A stretch of 64,000 bases of DNA, from assembly GCA_965223425.1 (NCBI GenBank), contig OZ245003.1, positions 640,001 through 704,000 on the forward strand, in the 5' to 3' direction. The notes under the pieces were generated by a model. The model was not told the origin of the DNA, ran no database searches, and was given only the letters and a program-made list of their open reading frames with translations. The DNA comes from Nitrosopumilus sp. Lineage in GTDB: Archaea > Thermoproteota > Nitrososphaeria > Nitrososphaerales > Nitrosopumilaceae. The position numbers and the translations under genes were made by a program. This document shows, piece after piece, positions 49,831 through 59,134 of the stretch. Position 1 is the first letter of the stretch. Each line of letters begins with the position of its first letter.

Positions 49831-51292
49831 GTAAGAGGCTAGGTTAGTCACGAACTCAAACATTCTAGATCATACTGATCCAAATTCGATGATCCCTGAC
49901 TCTGTCTAATGAGTGACTCGGAGATCAAGATATTACGGGATGCTCTGGCAAAATCATTTGCTGAAAACGACAGCTTGCGAAAGATTGTCAGCCAGTTGGC
50001 AGGCGATGTAAAAAAATTACAGGCAAGGGAAGCCGAGAAGGATTTGACAATAGCGGAACTAGAGAGGCGCGTAGCGTTCTACGAGAATCCGCACTCACCG
50101 CCGTCGGCAAACTCCATTCCCACGCGCCGAAAAAAGGCAGACCGTGCAAAAGGCGGTTCCTCCTCCTCCTCCTCCCCTCCAAACAAGGGCGGAGCAAGGG
50201 CAGGCCACGTCGGCGCATCCCACAAGAGAAGGCCTTGTCACACAACGGTGCACAGGCCAAAGAAATGCGCAAAGTGCGGCAGCAAAGGCATTACAGTTAC
50301 AAAGACCACGACAAAGATGACAGTCGACATTCCGGAGATTCCAAGAACCGTATCCACAAACAACGTCATACAGCACTGCACCTGCAGGTGCGGACATGTC
50401 ACAACGCCCCAGGTCGGAATAGACGGAACATCGATTGGCAAGAACCTCATGACAATAACCATGTCGATGTATAAACAAGGCTGCAGCCTGAACTCAATCA
50501 GGGAGGCAGCAAGCCTGTATGACACGTCAATCTGCAAAAAAACAATACAAAACGCGCTGTTTGCATTAGGAGGAGCGTTAGAGTCAGAGGTAGAGTCATG
50601 GAAAGAAAATATTGGCAGATCAAAATACCTGAAACTTGATGAGACGTCATATACAATATACGACAAACTGGGATATGTCTGGGTATGCATCGGTGATGAT
50701 GCGGTACTGATTCATGTGGACAGAAGCAGGGCCGCTGCCGTACTGGATCTTCACTTTCCTCACTGGGATATTCCCGTGACAGTCGACGGTTATGCGGCAT
50801 ACAACAGTTTCAGAACAATTCAACGGTGCTGGTCACACATACTGTGTGATGCCGAATTTGAACAGGATGATGGTGATGATGATGAACCAAAAACCATGCT
50901 GTATGAGAAACTGCGTTTGCTATACCACGATGCAAAGCAGGTTGCGCTGCGGCCTGACGCGCACACGCATTATGACTCGTTTGTGATCTCCTGCACGGCA
51001 ATTGCGGATTCGTACAAGGGTTGTCCGGACTGCAAGTTCGGAGACAAGCTGGAAAAGGCCACACCAAACCTGTTTACGTTTCTAAAGCATCCCGGAATGG
51101 ATCCCACAAACAACGAATCAGAAAGGATGCTTCGCCGGGTCGTCATATCGCGCAAGATTAGACAGCGTCTTGTCACCGAAGCAGGCATGAAGGTATTTGG
51201 CATACTTGTGAGCTGCTTGCTGACATGGCAGAAAAGGGGAACCAGCATTCAAGAAGAGATACTGAAACTGTACTAGAGACCTAGCCTCTTAC
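49831..51292 (+). mobile_element. IS66-family element (second, divergent type), complete
   Basis: 14-bp perfect TIR gtaagaggctaggt (49831-49844 / 51279-51292); no 8-bp target duplication. Confidence 0.92.
49909..51276 (+). CDS. IS66-family transposase, intact ORF
   Basis: Coiled coil, HSPPS, Zn finger CAKC/CRC, LDET, VDGYAAY, QRCWSH, PTNNESER. Confidence 0.92.
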   Translation: MSDSEIKILRDALAKSFAENDSLRKIVSQLAGDVKKLQAREAEKDLTIAELERRVAFYENPHSPPSANSIPTRRKKADRAKGGSSSSSSPPNKGGARAGHVGASHKRRPCHTTVHRPKKCAKCGSKGITVTKTTTKMTVDIPEIPRTVSTNNVIQHCTCRCGHVTTPQVGIDGTSIGKNLMTITMSMYKQGCSLNSIREAASLYDTSICKKTIQNALFALGGALESEVESWKENIGRSKYLKLDETSYTIYDKLGYVWVCIGDDAVLIHVDRSRAAAVLDLHFPHWDIPVTVDGYAAYNSFRTIQRCWSHILCDAEFEQDDGDDDEPKTMLYEKLRLLYHDAKQVALRPDAHTHYDSFVISCTAIADSYKGCPDCKFGDKLEKATPNLFTFLKHPGMDPTNNESERMLRRVVISRKIRQRLVTEAGMKVFGILVSCLLTWQKRGTSIQEEILKLY

Positions 51293-51357
51293 TTTTGACG
51301 TGTTGCTTAATCAAATTTCACATCTGGGAAAGAATACTGTTTTTTTAAATTTAAATC

Positions 51358-51576
51358 ATGATCAAGTTCGATAAACCAATCCAGACCAAGTCTGGCATGG
51401 ATGTAAGCATGATATGGAATGAACTACAACAATGTTGGATATCTTATAAAAAAGCCAAATTTGATCGTGATTATCTTAATGCACATAATTATGCATTACA
51501 AATTCAAAAATTACAGGATGATATTGGCCTACAACAAGCTAAGTTTCCTGAGTTAGAAAAATCTATCATCAGATAA
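51358..51576 (+). CDS. Small hypothetical protein
   Basis: 72-aa ORF with host-like composition after a TATA-like tract. Confidence 0.6.
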   Translation: MIKFDKPIQTKSGMDVSMIWNELQQCWISYKKAKFDRDYLNAHNYALQIQKLQDDIGLQQAKFPELEKSIIR

Positions 51577-51624
51577 TAATGAATAATATAAGATTAAGAA
51601 AAATTCTGATCTAATTACTCTTGT

Positions 51625-51819
51625 ATTTTTTCAAATGATTTTTTCAAATGATTTTTTCAAATGATTTTTTCAAATGATTTTTTCAAATGATTTTTTCAAA
51701 TGATTTTTTCAAATGATTTTTTCAAATGATTTTTTCAAATGATTTTTTCAAATGATTTTTTCAAATGATTTTTTCAAATGATTTTTTCAAATGATTTTTT
51801 CAAATGATTTTTTCAAATG
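51625..51819. repeat. Perfect 13-bp tandem repeat (attttttcaaatg) x15, intergenic
   Basis: 195 bp counted directly. Confidence 0.97.
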
Positions 51820-51855
51820 ATTTCTGCATTCCATTTTATCCAGCAGGAAATTTTT

Positions 51856-52948
51856 GTATGAGTTCACCTGCCCCTTATATCAGTCTGGCAACCTCTTGCG
51901 CCACGCTCTTGCCGTGATTCTGCCACGTCAGGACGCAGCTTACAAAATCTCCAAGGCGCTTCATGGACTTGCTGCCGCCCTTGGTCTGCCCGCTTATCTT
52001 CCGGAACACCACCATATAGCGCAGCGCCCTCTCTGATGCGTTGTTAGTCGGCTCCACACCGGCGTACTGGACAAACGTAAACAGGTGCGGAAGGTGCCGG
52101 TACATCATCATGACAAGCTTGTGCAGGTCTGCATCACCATCATCATCATCATCATCATCCGTGCCGCAGTACCGGTCAAGAACGTCTGCCAGGGTGTCCT
52201 CCATGACGTGCCGCTGCCTCCGCGAGTGCGCCCCCAGCCGTGCGACGTGTTTTGCCTCCTTGAACACAAACCGCAGGTCCTCGAGGTACTGCCGCCGTTT
52301 TTTCCGCCTGCCGTCATCTGGGAGCGGATCGTATTTTTCTGCCAGGGTTTTTGCCCTGCGTATGTCGTGCGACCAGCACAGCTGGTGTCTGTCCTCTGCA
52401 TTGAACCTGTCATACCCCCTGTATGCGTCAGTTACCGCTATGCCGTCATAGTCCATCGAATCAAGCATCAGGGTGGCCCTGCTTGGGCTGATCTGTATTG
52501 AGATGTTGTTTCCCGGACTGGGCCACGTTTGTCTGCTTTTTGGTGCCGCAGTCGCGATGCATGGTCTCGTCAAACCCGGCGCTTTCTGATTTGGCCACGT
52601 TCTTTGCTATCTCAGATGCCTGGCCTTCCAGCGCGTCTGCGGTGCGTGCCATGATGCTGTTTGCAGTGGAGGCAGACATGCTGACTCTGGCAACAGAGTG
52701 TATGATGCGCGGTATGACCTTGAGCGGGACGCGGGCAGCGCGCAGCTCAGAGACGAACCCTACCATCTTCTTGCCGTACGATCCGAGTCTTGGCAGGTCG
52801 CCGTTTGGCGCCTCTCCTCTGTATGGCCGCATGACGTGCAGACTGCAGTCTCTATGCGGTGGCGGGTCTCGTGTGCGGTGACCTCCATCTCGATAATGTC
52901 CCGTACGCGGGGGTCGCCCAAAACCATGGCCTTGCCGCATCTGCATCT
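51856..52948 (-). mobile_element. IS66 copy (same element as 1..980), frameshifted and 5'-truncated
   Basis: Near-identical inverted copy; +1 frameshift near 52511; cut by the next IS at about 52949. Confidence 0.9.
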
Positions 52949-54039
52949 TCAGCTAAGCGAAATCTGCTCTAATTCAGGCCAAATCGGCTACAAAATGCAA
53001 ACAGATCAATGAGGGTACGACCTCATGATTTTTGTTGCTTAGACAAAAAACCAGACCGGGCCGCGAACTGTTAAACAATCCACGCATATATGAAGATGTT
53101 GCAGACGGCGCCAAAAACATGCTTGCATGCGCCAACACATCAGACAGGTACAACGCAACGTTTGGACCAGATGATCTGAACTGCGGCATGCTAAAGGCTG
53201 CCACCATGGATTCCTCTGTGGGCGGATGCGCAAAGGCGCAAAGGCGCAAGGGCTGCGATACCCCGTCTGACAGGTGGATTGCATCGGCAATCAGGGGAAT
53301 TGAGCAGGATGCAATCCAGCACACGCTTGAGGGCCAGATAGCAAGGCATCTTGAAACCCTCAAAAGACTGGGCAGGTTTCCAAAAAAAGGACTGGACATG
53401 GCAATCGATATGCACCTCATACCGCGCTATGACAGGGTACCGGGGGCTGAGCTGACACGTTCCAAATACAAGAACGGAACCAAATACTTTGAGCGTTACA
53501 TGACAGTCCAGTGCGTAAATGACAAGATGCGTATCGTTCTTGCCGCATCATACCTGAAGATGCTCGAATCCGTGCCTGATTACGTGGATGCCGTCCTCAA
53601 AACCATGGCAGGGATGGGCATCAGGATACACCTGGCGTTGCTTGACCGTGAGTTCTTCTCAGTTGATGCGATAAGCAAGCTGCAGGAAAACAACGTAAAG
53701 TTTCTGATGCCGTGCAGGAACACGTACAACGTGGTGGCCGCCTGCAAGAGTTTGCACAGGGGAAGAGAAGAAAAATCTCAGGGAACGTAATTGAAAACAA
53801 CCTGGGTTCTGCTGCTGAATATTCCATGATAATAACTGACAGGAAAAAGGCCAAAGACTCTGATGACCCAGAAGGAGGTACATCGGGTTTGCAACAAACC
53901 ATCCCGCAGTCAGGACCGAGGTCTATGCCAAAAGATGGGGGATAGAGATGAGTACGGCAAAATCGAGGAGTGCAGGGCCAAGACACGGATCACAGACATG
54001 GAATCGCGGATGCTGTGCTTTTACTATTCTCTGGTATTG
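52949..54039 (+). mobile_element. ISH3/IS4-like element, transposase pseudogene, 3'-truncated
   Basis: AIDMHLIPRYD, LDREFFS, YAKRWGIE split over frames (shifts near 53743 and 53875). Confidence 0.82.
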
Positions 54040-55566
54040 TAGACTTTATGCATAATTGACCCGTCAAATTTTTTCTGCAGCATACATTACCAAGACACAC
54101 AAAGCCAGTCCAGGAAATTATTTAATTTTGACGCAAAAGGCCGTGTAAATTCGCAGAAATTAGAAATCCGTGCGCACTCTTGCAGTGCCTCATGCACCCT
54201 GTGCTGTGCCGTCAATAACCAAGTGACGGCCGCTTTTTCTTTGCATCCCACAGCAGTTGAAAGTTCGCAAGGCCGGTACACACAGCCAGCTCCTCGCGAA
54301 ACCCCTCTACCGTGCCGTCATACGGGTCTGTCATCCTCGCCCACTGCTTTATTCTTCCGATGGCGTGCCCCGCCTTTACCCTCTTGGCGCTGATCCTTTT
54401 GTTCGAGTCCTTTTGCTGCTGCGTCAGCTCCGTCCGCGGCCTCTTTTTTTCCGGCATCTCAAGTGCTATTCCCGTGTAGTGATTGGCAATTCCCTGGTAT
54501 CCCTTGTCTACAAGTACCCGTATCCTGTCCTTTTCCGGAGTGTCCTTTTTGTACATGGATTTAGACCACCTGCCAAAGTCTATCGGATCCTCTCTTATCA
54601 TGGTAAGGTCATGCGTCCCGCCCTCAAAGGACCTGCCTGCTGCAAGTATCAGGCCTGCCCTGTTTGTTGTTATGGTGGTGTTAATCGTAAAGCGCTTCTT
54701 TTTGCCAGAGTACGTGTTTTTTCTTTTATCCTTGTCCTGCGGACGCTGCCTTGGCACCTCGGTGCCGTCAATTATGATGGTTCTGTCCGGCATTAGCTGC
54801 TCTAGCTGCTCTGATGTCTCGGCCTTTTTTACCAGACGGGTCATCCTGTCTGCAGTAGGCAGGATCCCTGCCAGCACGGAATCTGCGAACCGGAGGTACC
54901 TGCACACGGTGGACTGGTCAACATCAAACAGCACTCCCAGTGCATCCTGCGTCACGTTTGAGCGCTTGCGGAACAGCGCAAGCAGCAGGACGGACCTGCG
55001 GTCAAGCAGGCAGCGGTTTCCGGGATCCGGTGTTTCGTCCTCTGAAAAGAGCGGCGCGTCTTTGTTGTGCCTCTTTGACTCTGCCACAAAGTCGTTGCAG
55101 ATGTAGTCAAACTGGTCAAGGTCATACGAGGTAATCCCTGCAAGCTTTGCGCTGTTGTGCAGTATGCCATGGATCACCTCCCTGATGTGCAGCAGCGACG
55201 TGTCCGTATCAGAGCGGCCTGCATCTGTAACGGCCCACAGGCTGTCCTCGCGCAGCAGCTGCTGCTCGCGCAGCAGGCCAATCGTCTTCTCGCGCTTGCT
55301 GATTGCTCTGTTGTTCTGCTTGATTGCTCTGTTGTTCTGCTTGATTGCTCTGTTGTTCTGCTTGATTGCTGTGTCCTTTTGCTTGATTGCTGTGTCCTTT
55401 TGCTTGATTGCTGTGTCCTTTTGCTTGATTGCTGTGTCCTTTTGCTTGAGCTCCCTTTGCAGCCTGCGTATAGTCTGTTCTGAAGATTCCATTACCTGTT
55501 GCGGCGATCAAAATGGATCTAAATCTTTCGGAAAAATTTTTATGATTCAATTATGCATAAAGTCTA
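54040..55566 (-). mobile_element. IS5-family (DDE_Tnp_4, ISL2/PIF-like) element
   Basis: Perfect 20-bp TIR tagactttatgcataattga (54040-54059 / 55547-55566). Confidence 0.92.
54212..55492 (-). CDS. DDE_Tnp_4 transposase with N-terminal heptad repeats; third catalytic residue appears mutated
   Basis: IDGTE..RQRP, YSGKKK, HD, DKGYQG, RVKAGHAIG (normally R..VEH.IG). Confidence 0.88.
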   Translation of the reverse strand: MESSEQTIRRLQRELKQKDTAIKQKDTAIKQKDTAIKQKDTAIKQNNRAIKQNNRAIKQNNRAISKREKTIGLLREQQLLREDSLWAVTDAGRSDTDTSLLHIREVIHGILHNSAKLAGITSYDLDQFDYICNDFVAESKRHNKDAPLFSEDETPDPGNRCLLDRRSVLLLALFRKRSNVTQDALGVLFDVDQSTVCRYLRFADSVLAGILPTADRMTRLVKKAETSEQLEQLMPDRTIIIDGTEVPRQRPQDKDKRKNTYSGKKKRFTINTTITTNRAGLILAAGRSFEGGTHDLTMIREDPIDFGRWSKSMYKKDTPEKDRIRVLVDKGYQGIANHYTGIALEMPEKKRPRTELTQQQKDSNKRISAKRVKAGHAIGRIKQWARMTDPYDGTVEGFREELAVCTGLANFQLLWDAKKKRPSLGY

Positions 55567-55685
55567 TTTTATGGTTTATCAAGCTTCATATCCATTTTTA
55601 ATAAAAAACCTAGATTATTTTATTCATTGCGAGAATGAATTCCCTATTTTATCTCTCCCAGCACCATTCCCAAATTCATTAATTA

Positions 55686-57008
55686 ATGTCTGGATTCTGT
55701 GATTTAGTTGTGTCTAGATATGATATTGCCATTATTGGTGGAGGTATACTGGGTACTTGTATCTCTAATTGGATTTCATCTCTTTATGACGTAGATGTGT
55801 GCGTCCTTGAAAAAGAATCTAATGTTGCTATGCATGCTAGTAGCAGAAACACAGCTGTTGTTCATTCTCCGTTCTATCTTAATCCTAAAACAAAAAAAAT
55901 TCTAGCAAAATCCGCACTTATTTCTTATGGTATGTGGGAGAAACTTGCAAAAATCTCTAATGTTCCTTGGAACAAGACCGGGGTGTTGGAGCTAGCACTT
56001 GATGAGAAACAGCACAAAAATCTTGAAGAGTATATGCAGTGGGGCAATGAAAATGGAATTCCTTCAAATGATCTAGAACTTTTAGATGGCAACCAAGTTT
56101 CTAAAATGGAGCCTAACGTAGAGTGTTATTCTGCCATTTTTTGTAAACGTGAGGTGTCCTCTGATTTTGGCGCATTTACCAATGCAATTAAAAAGGAATC
56201 AGAAAAACATGGAACAAATTTTCTTTTGGGAAAAAATGTAAAAAACATCAAACAAAATGAAAATGATTCTACAATAATTTTTAGTGACGATTCTAATGTT
56301 TCTGCCAAATTTGTAATAAACTGTGCAGGGGGCAATTCTTTAGATGTAGCACAAATGTTGGGTCTTGCAACTGAATACTCTGACCTTCATTTTAGAGGTG
56401 AATACTGGATTGCTGATTCCCCGTACAATGATCTAGTAAAAACTACAGTCTATACGGTTGCAGAATTCAAAGGATATCCGTTTTTAGATCCACATTGGAT
56501 AAAAAAAGCAAATGGTCAAACAGAAATTGGTCCCAACGCAGTTCCCGTTCCGAGCCCTGAAACTTATGAAGGATATGTTGGTGATATCGGAACCTCACTT
56601 TTAAAATTAAAAGATATAGTTACTGGTAATGCAAAAAAATTATTCTCTGATTCTGAGTTCTTATCTCTGATTTCAAAAGAATGGCTTAGCTCCATATCCA
56701 AGACTGCAATGATTAATCGGGTACAGAAGTTTATTCCAAAAATTCAACCTGAGTTCTTTTCACAAAAAGGAACTGCCGGTATACGTTCCCCAATCATTAC
56801 TCCACAAGGCAAATTCTTGTTAGATGTCATGGAACTTGAAAATGACCATTCTTTTAACATAATTAACTATAATTCTCCTGGAGCAACCGGCGCTCCTGCA
56901 TATTCGGCATTTGTCATTAAAAAATTACAAGAGAAGGGATTTTTGGATTTCAAGAAAAATACCGCAGAATCATTTTGGAGTTTTGATGACGTTCTCAATC
57001 AAGCTTAA
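55686..57008 (+). CDS. FAD-dependent oxidoreductase, L-2-hydroxyglutarate oxidase-like
   Basis: IIGGGILG, ASSRNTAVVH, FRGEY, SPGATG. Confidence 0.88.
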   Translation: MSGFCDLVVSRYDIAIIGGGILGTCISNWISSLYDVDVCVLEKESNVAMHASSRNTAVVHSPFYLNPKTKKILAKSALISYGMWEKLAKISNVPWNKTGVLELALDEKQHKNLEEYMQWGNENGIPSNDLELLDGNQVSKMEPNVECYSAIFCKREVSSDFGAFTNAIKKESEKHGTNFLLGKNVKNIKQNENDSTIIFSDDSNVSAKFVINCAGGNSLDVAQMLGLATEYSDLHFRGEYWIADSPYNDLVKTTVYTVAEFKGYPFLDPHWIKKANGQTEIGPNAVPVPSPETYEGYVGDIGTSLLKLKDIVTGNAKKLFSDSEFLSLISKEWLSSISKTAMINRVQKFIPKIQPEFFSQKGTAGIRSPIITPQGKFLLDVMELENDHSFNIINYNSPGATGAPAYSAFVIKKLQEKGFLDFKKNTAESFWSFDDVLNQA

Positions 57009-57035
57009 TATCCTATGACAATCAAAATCTGAACT

Positions 57036-57305
57036 ATGCTTCCTGATAAATGTTCGGTAACAGAAGAAGGAAAACAATGTGTCAGTCCTCCAGAATTTAT
57101 TGTGTCAGTCATCGCCGATAAAGACGAATACATGGTCGGAGTTACCTGTGAAAGGCATAAACAAGTTGTGTCTGGTAAAATTGGAATTCTTCAAAATGAA
57201 GGCAAAATCTATGACGGAAAAATTGTCTTCTCTCCTGTTAAAGCGGTTGGAACCGATTGTATTCATGGAGACACAGATGATTTTGTTCAAATTGATATTA
57301 AATAA
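57036..57305 (+). CDS. Hypothetical protein with possible Zn ligands
   Basis: 89 aa, C..C..CERH. Confidence 0.7.
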   Translation: MLPDKCSVTEEGKQCVSPPEFIVSVIADKDEYMVGVTCERHKQVVSGKIGILQNEGKIYDGKIVFSPVKAVGTDCIHGDTDDFVQIDIK

Positions 57306-57341
57306 CCCCAAAAACTGAAATAATTTCAGAGCCGAGACTAT

Positions 57342-57719
57342 TTGTTGCTTTTAGAAATACTATCCGATCTAGTCAAAATTGATGACATCTTGTTTGTCGT
57401 AAAAAATAACGGAGCTACAAGCGAAATCAGGGGTGGTTCTCTTAGTATTAGGCAAAAAGAAAAGTGGATTACTGTTGGTGATAATGACGGTCCTGCCCAC
57501 ATGCATGTTGATTCAGATTTGATAAAGTCTGCCGAGTTTGTACAAGAAGAAAAGCCTGAACGCACTAGTTTTAGTGTACGATTTTTTAATGAAAATGGGG
57601 AGCGTGTTTTAGCAGCATTTTTTACAAAAATGTATGATGAATCTAAAACACTAATTTCCGAAAGAAAAAAAACCTATGATGAACTGAATCAAAAGTATTC
57701 TTCTAAAATTTTATTTTAA
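57342..57719 (+). CDS. ChuX/HutX-like heme-carrier family protein
   Basis: FVVKNNGATSE, HMHV, SVRFFNENGE..L..F. Confidence 0.7.
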   Translation: MLLLEILSDLVKIDDILFVVKNNGATSEIRGGSLSIRQKEKWITVGDNDGPAHMHVDSDLIKSAEFVQEEKPERTSFSVRFFNENGERVLAAFFTKMYDESKTLISERKKTYDELNQKYSSKILF

Positions 57720-57915
57720 AAAAAACCTTGTCTGAAAAAGACAAGGAGAAAAAATATTATTATTCGGTTTCTTTTTTCTTCTTCTCTTTTTCAGATTGTA
57801 GTTTAGCTAATTCTAATTCTTCATTAGTATGTTTGAATTTTTTCAATCTAATACTAGATTATAATTTAGATATAAAAACTGCACATTTTTTTGGATCATA
57901 ACTCATGCGTAAAAA

Positions 57916-58884
57916 TCAATATCCTACTGAATAGATCGGTTTTTTCCCATTTATCCCAAGATTCAGATTTTTTACAGCAATTTCTGCCATTTTGTATCTT
58001 GTCTCTTTTGTGGAGCTTCCTATGTGCGGTGCTAATACCACATTTTGCAATTTTACTAATGGGTGGTTTTTACTGATGGGCTCTGTTTCAAACACGTCTA
58101 ACCCTGCGCCTGCGATTATTTTTTTCTTCAGGGCCACTACAAGCTCTTTTTCATTCACTATCATACCTCGTGACGTATTTATCAAAAATGCAGATTTTTT
58201 CATTTTTCTAAAAATTTTCATATTAAACATGTGCTCTGTTTCTTTTGTATGTGGGACATGGACTGAAATTATATCACTTTGAGCAACTAATTTTCCAAAT
58301 GAGACGTATTTTATTCCCAGTGTACTTTCCTTGGTTTTAGAAACACGATTTCTGTTGTGATATATTAATTTCAAATCAAATGCCTTTGCCCTTTTTGCAA
58401 GAGTTTTGCCGATTCTTCCTAAACCTAAAATGCCAAGAGTTTTACCTTGCAGATCCAGTCCTGTATAGTCATATGCACCGAATATCTCCCCCCATCTCCC
58501 TTCTCGAATCATTCTATCCCCTTCTGAAACCCTTCTTAGTATGTCCAGCATTAACGAAAATGCGAGATCTGCAGTTGCGTCTGTTAGTACCTCAGGGGTA
58601 TAGCCTACACGAATTTTCTTTTTCTTTGCATGTGCAATATCTATGTGATCAAAACCGACACTATAGGTACTAACTACTTTGAGATTTTCAGCCAAATTCA
58701 GTGCCTCTTTATTGATTTTGTCATAAGGAAAGCAGATCAATCCTTCTATTTCTTTTATTTTTGAACGCAGTTTAGTTTGAGGGATTGGAATTTTTCCAGA
58801 ATGAATTTCTATTTGATATCTTTTTTTTAATTTCCTTAATGAAGAATCATGCAGTCTTCTTGTAAGAAACACTTTCTTTCTCAT
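57916..58884 (-). CDS. D-2-hydroxyacid dehydrogenase (glyoxylate reductase/D-glycerate dehydrogenase)
   Basis: GLGRIG, INTSRG, GLDVFETEP, PHIGS. Confidence 0.93.
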   Translation of the reverse strand: MRKKVFLTRRLHDSSLRKLKKRYQIEIHSGKIPIPQTKLRSKIKEIEGLICFPYDKINKEALNLAENLKVVSTYSVGFDHIDIAHAKKKKIRVGYTPEVLTDATADLAFSLMLDILRRVSEGDRMIREGRWGEIFGAYDYTGLDLQGKTLGILGLGRIGKTLAKRAKAFDLKLIYHNRNRVSKTKESTLGIKYVSFGKLVAQSDIISVHVPHTKETEHMFNMKIFRKMKKSAFLINTSRGMIVNEKELVVALKKKIIAGAGLDVFETEPISKNHPLVKLQNVVLAPHIGSSTKETRYKMAEIAVKNLNLGINGKKPIYSVGY

Positions 58885-58935
58885 TAATTTGAGATTTATC
58901 TCAAACCATTTATACGATCTCTTTGTAAATTTAAC

Positions 58936-59085
58936 ATGTCTTCTGAGATTGAGGAGGAAGAAGCAGAGTTTGCCATCTGTGTAGAGTGTGGAAATGCTAT
59001 TGAAAAATGTGTTTGTGTCTGTCCTTATTGTGGAGAACGTGACAAATGCGAGTGTGCCTTATTTGATGCAGCAACTGGAGGTTAA
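58936..59085 (+). CDS. 49-aa Cys-rich small protein (not in ORF track)
   Basis: Hand translation MSSEIEEEEAEFAICVECGNAIEKCVCVCPYCGERDKCECALFDAATGG. Confidence 0.75.
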   Translation: MSSEIEEEEAEFAICVECGNAIEKCVCVCPYCGERDKCECALFDAATGG

Positions 59086-59134
59086 TTAGGTTGATAAAAC
59101 AGATTATTGATGTTCAAATTAAAGGTGACTTGCT

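Noticed and set aside
51625-51819. CRISPR array
   Set aside because: Units are 13 bp, contiguous and spacer-less; no cas genes nearby
55155-55601. Cys/Leu-rich repeat ORFs
   Set aside because: Antisense or shifted frames of the transposase heptad repeat
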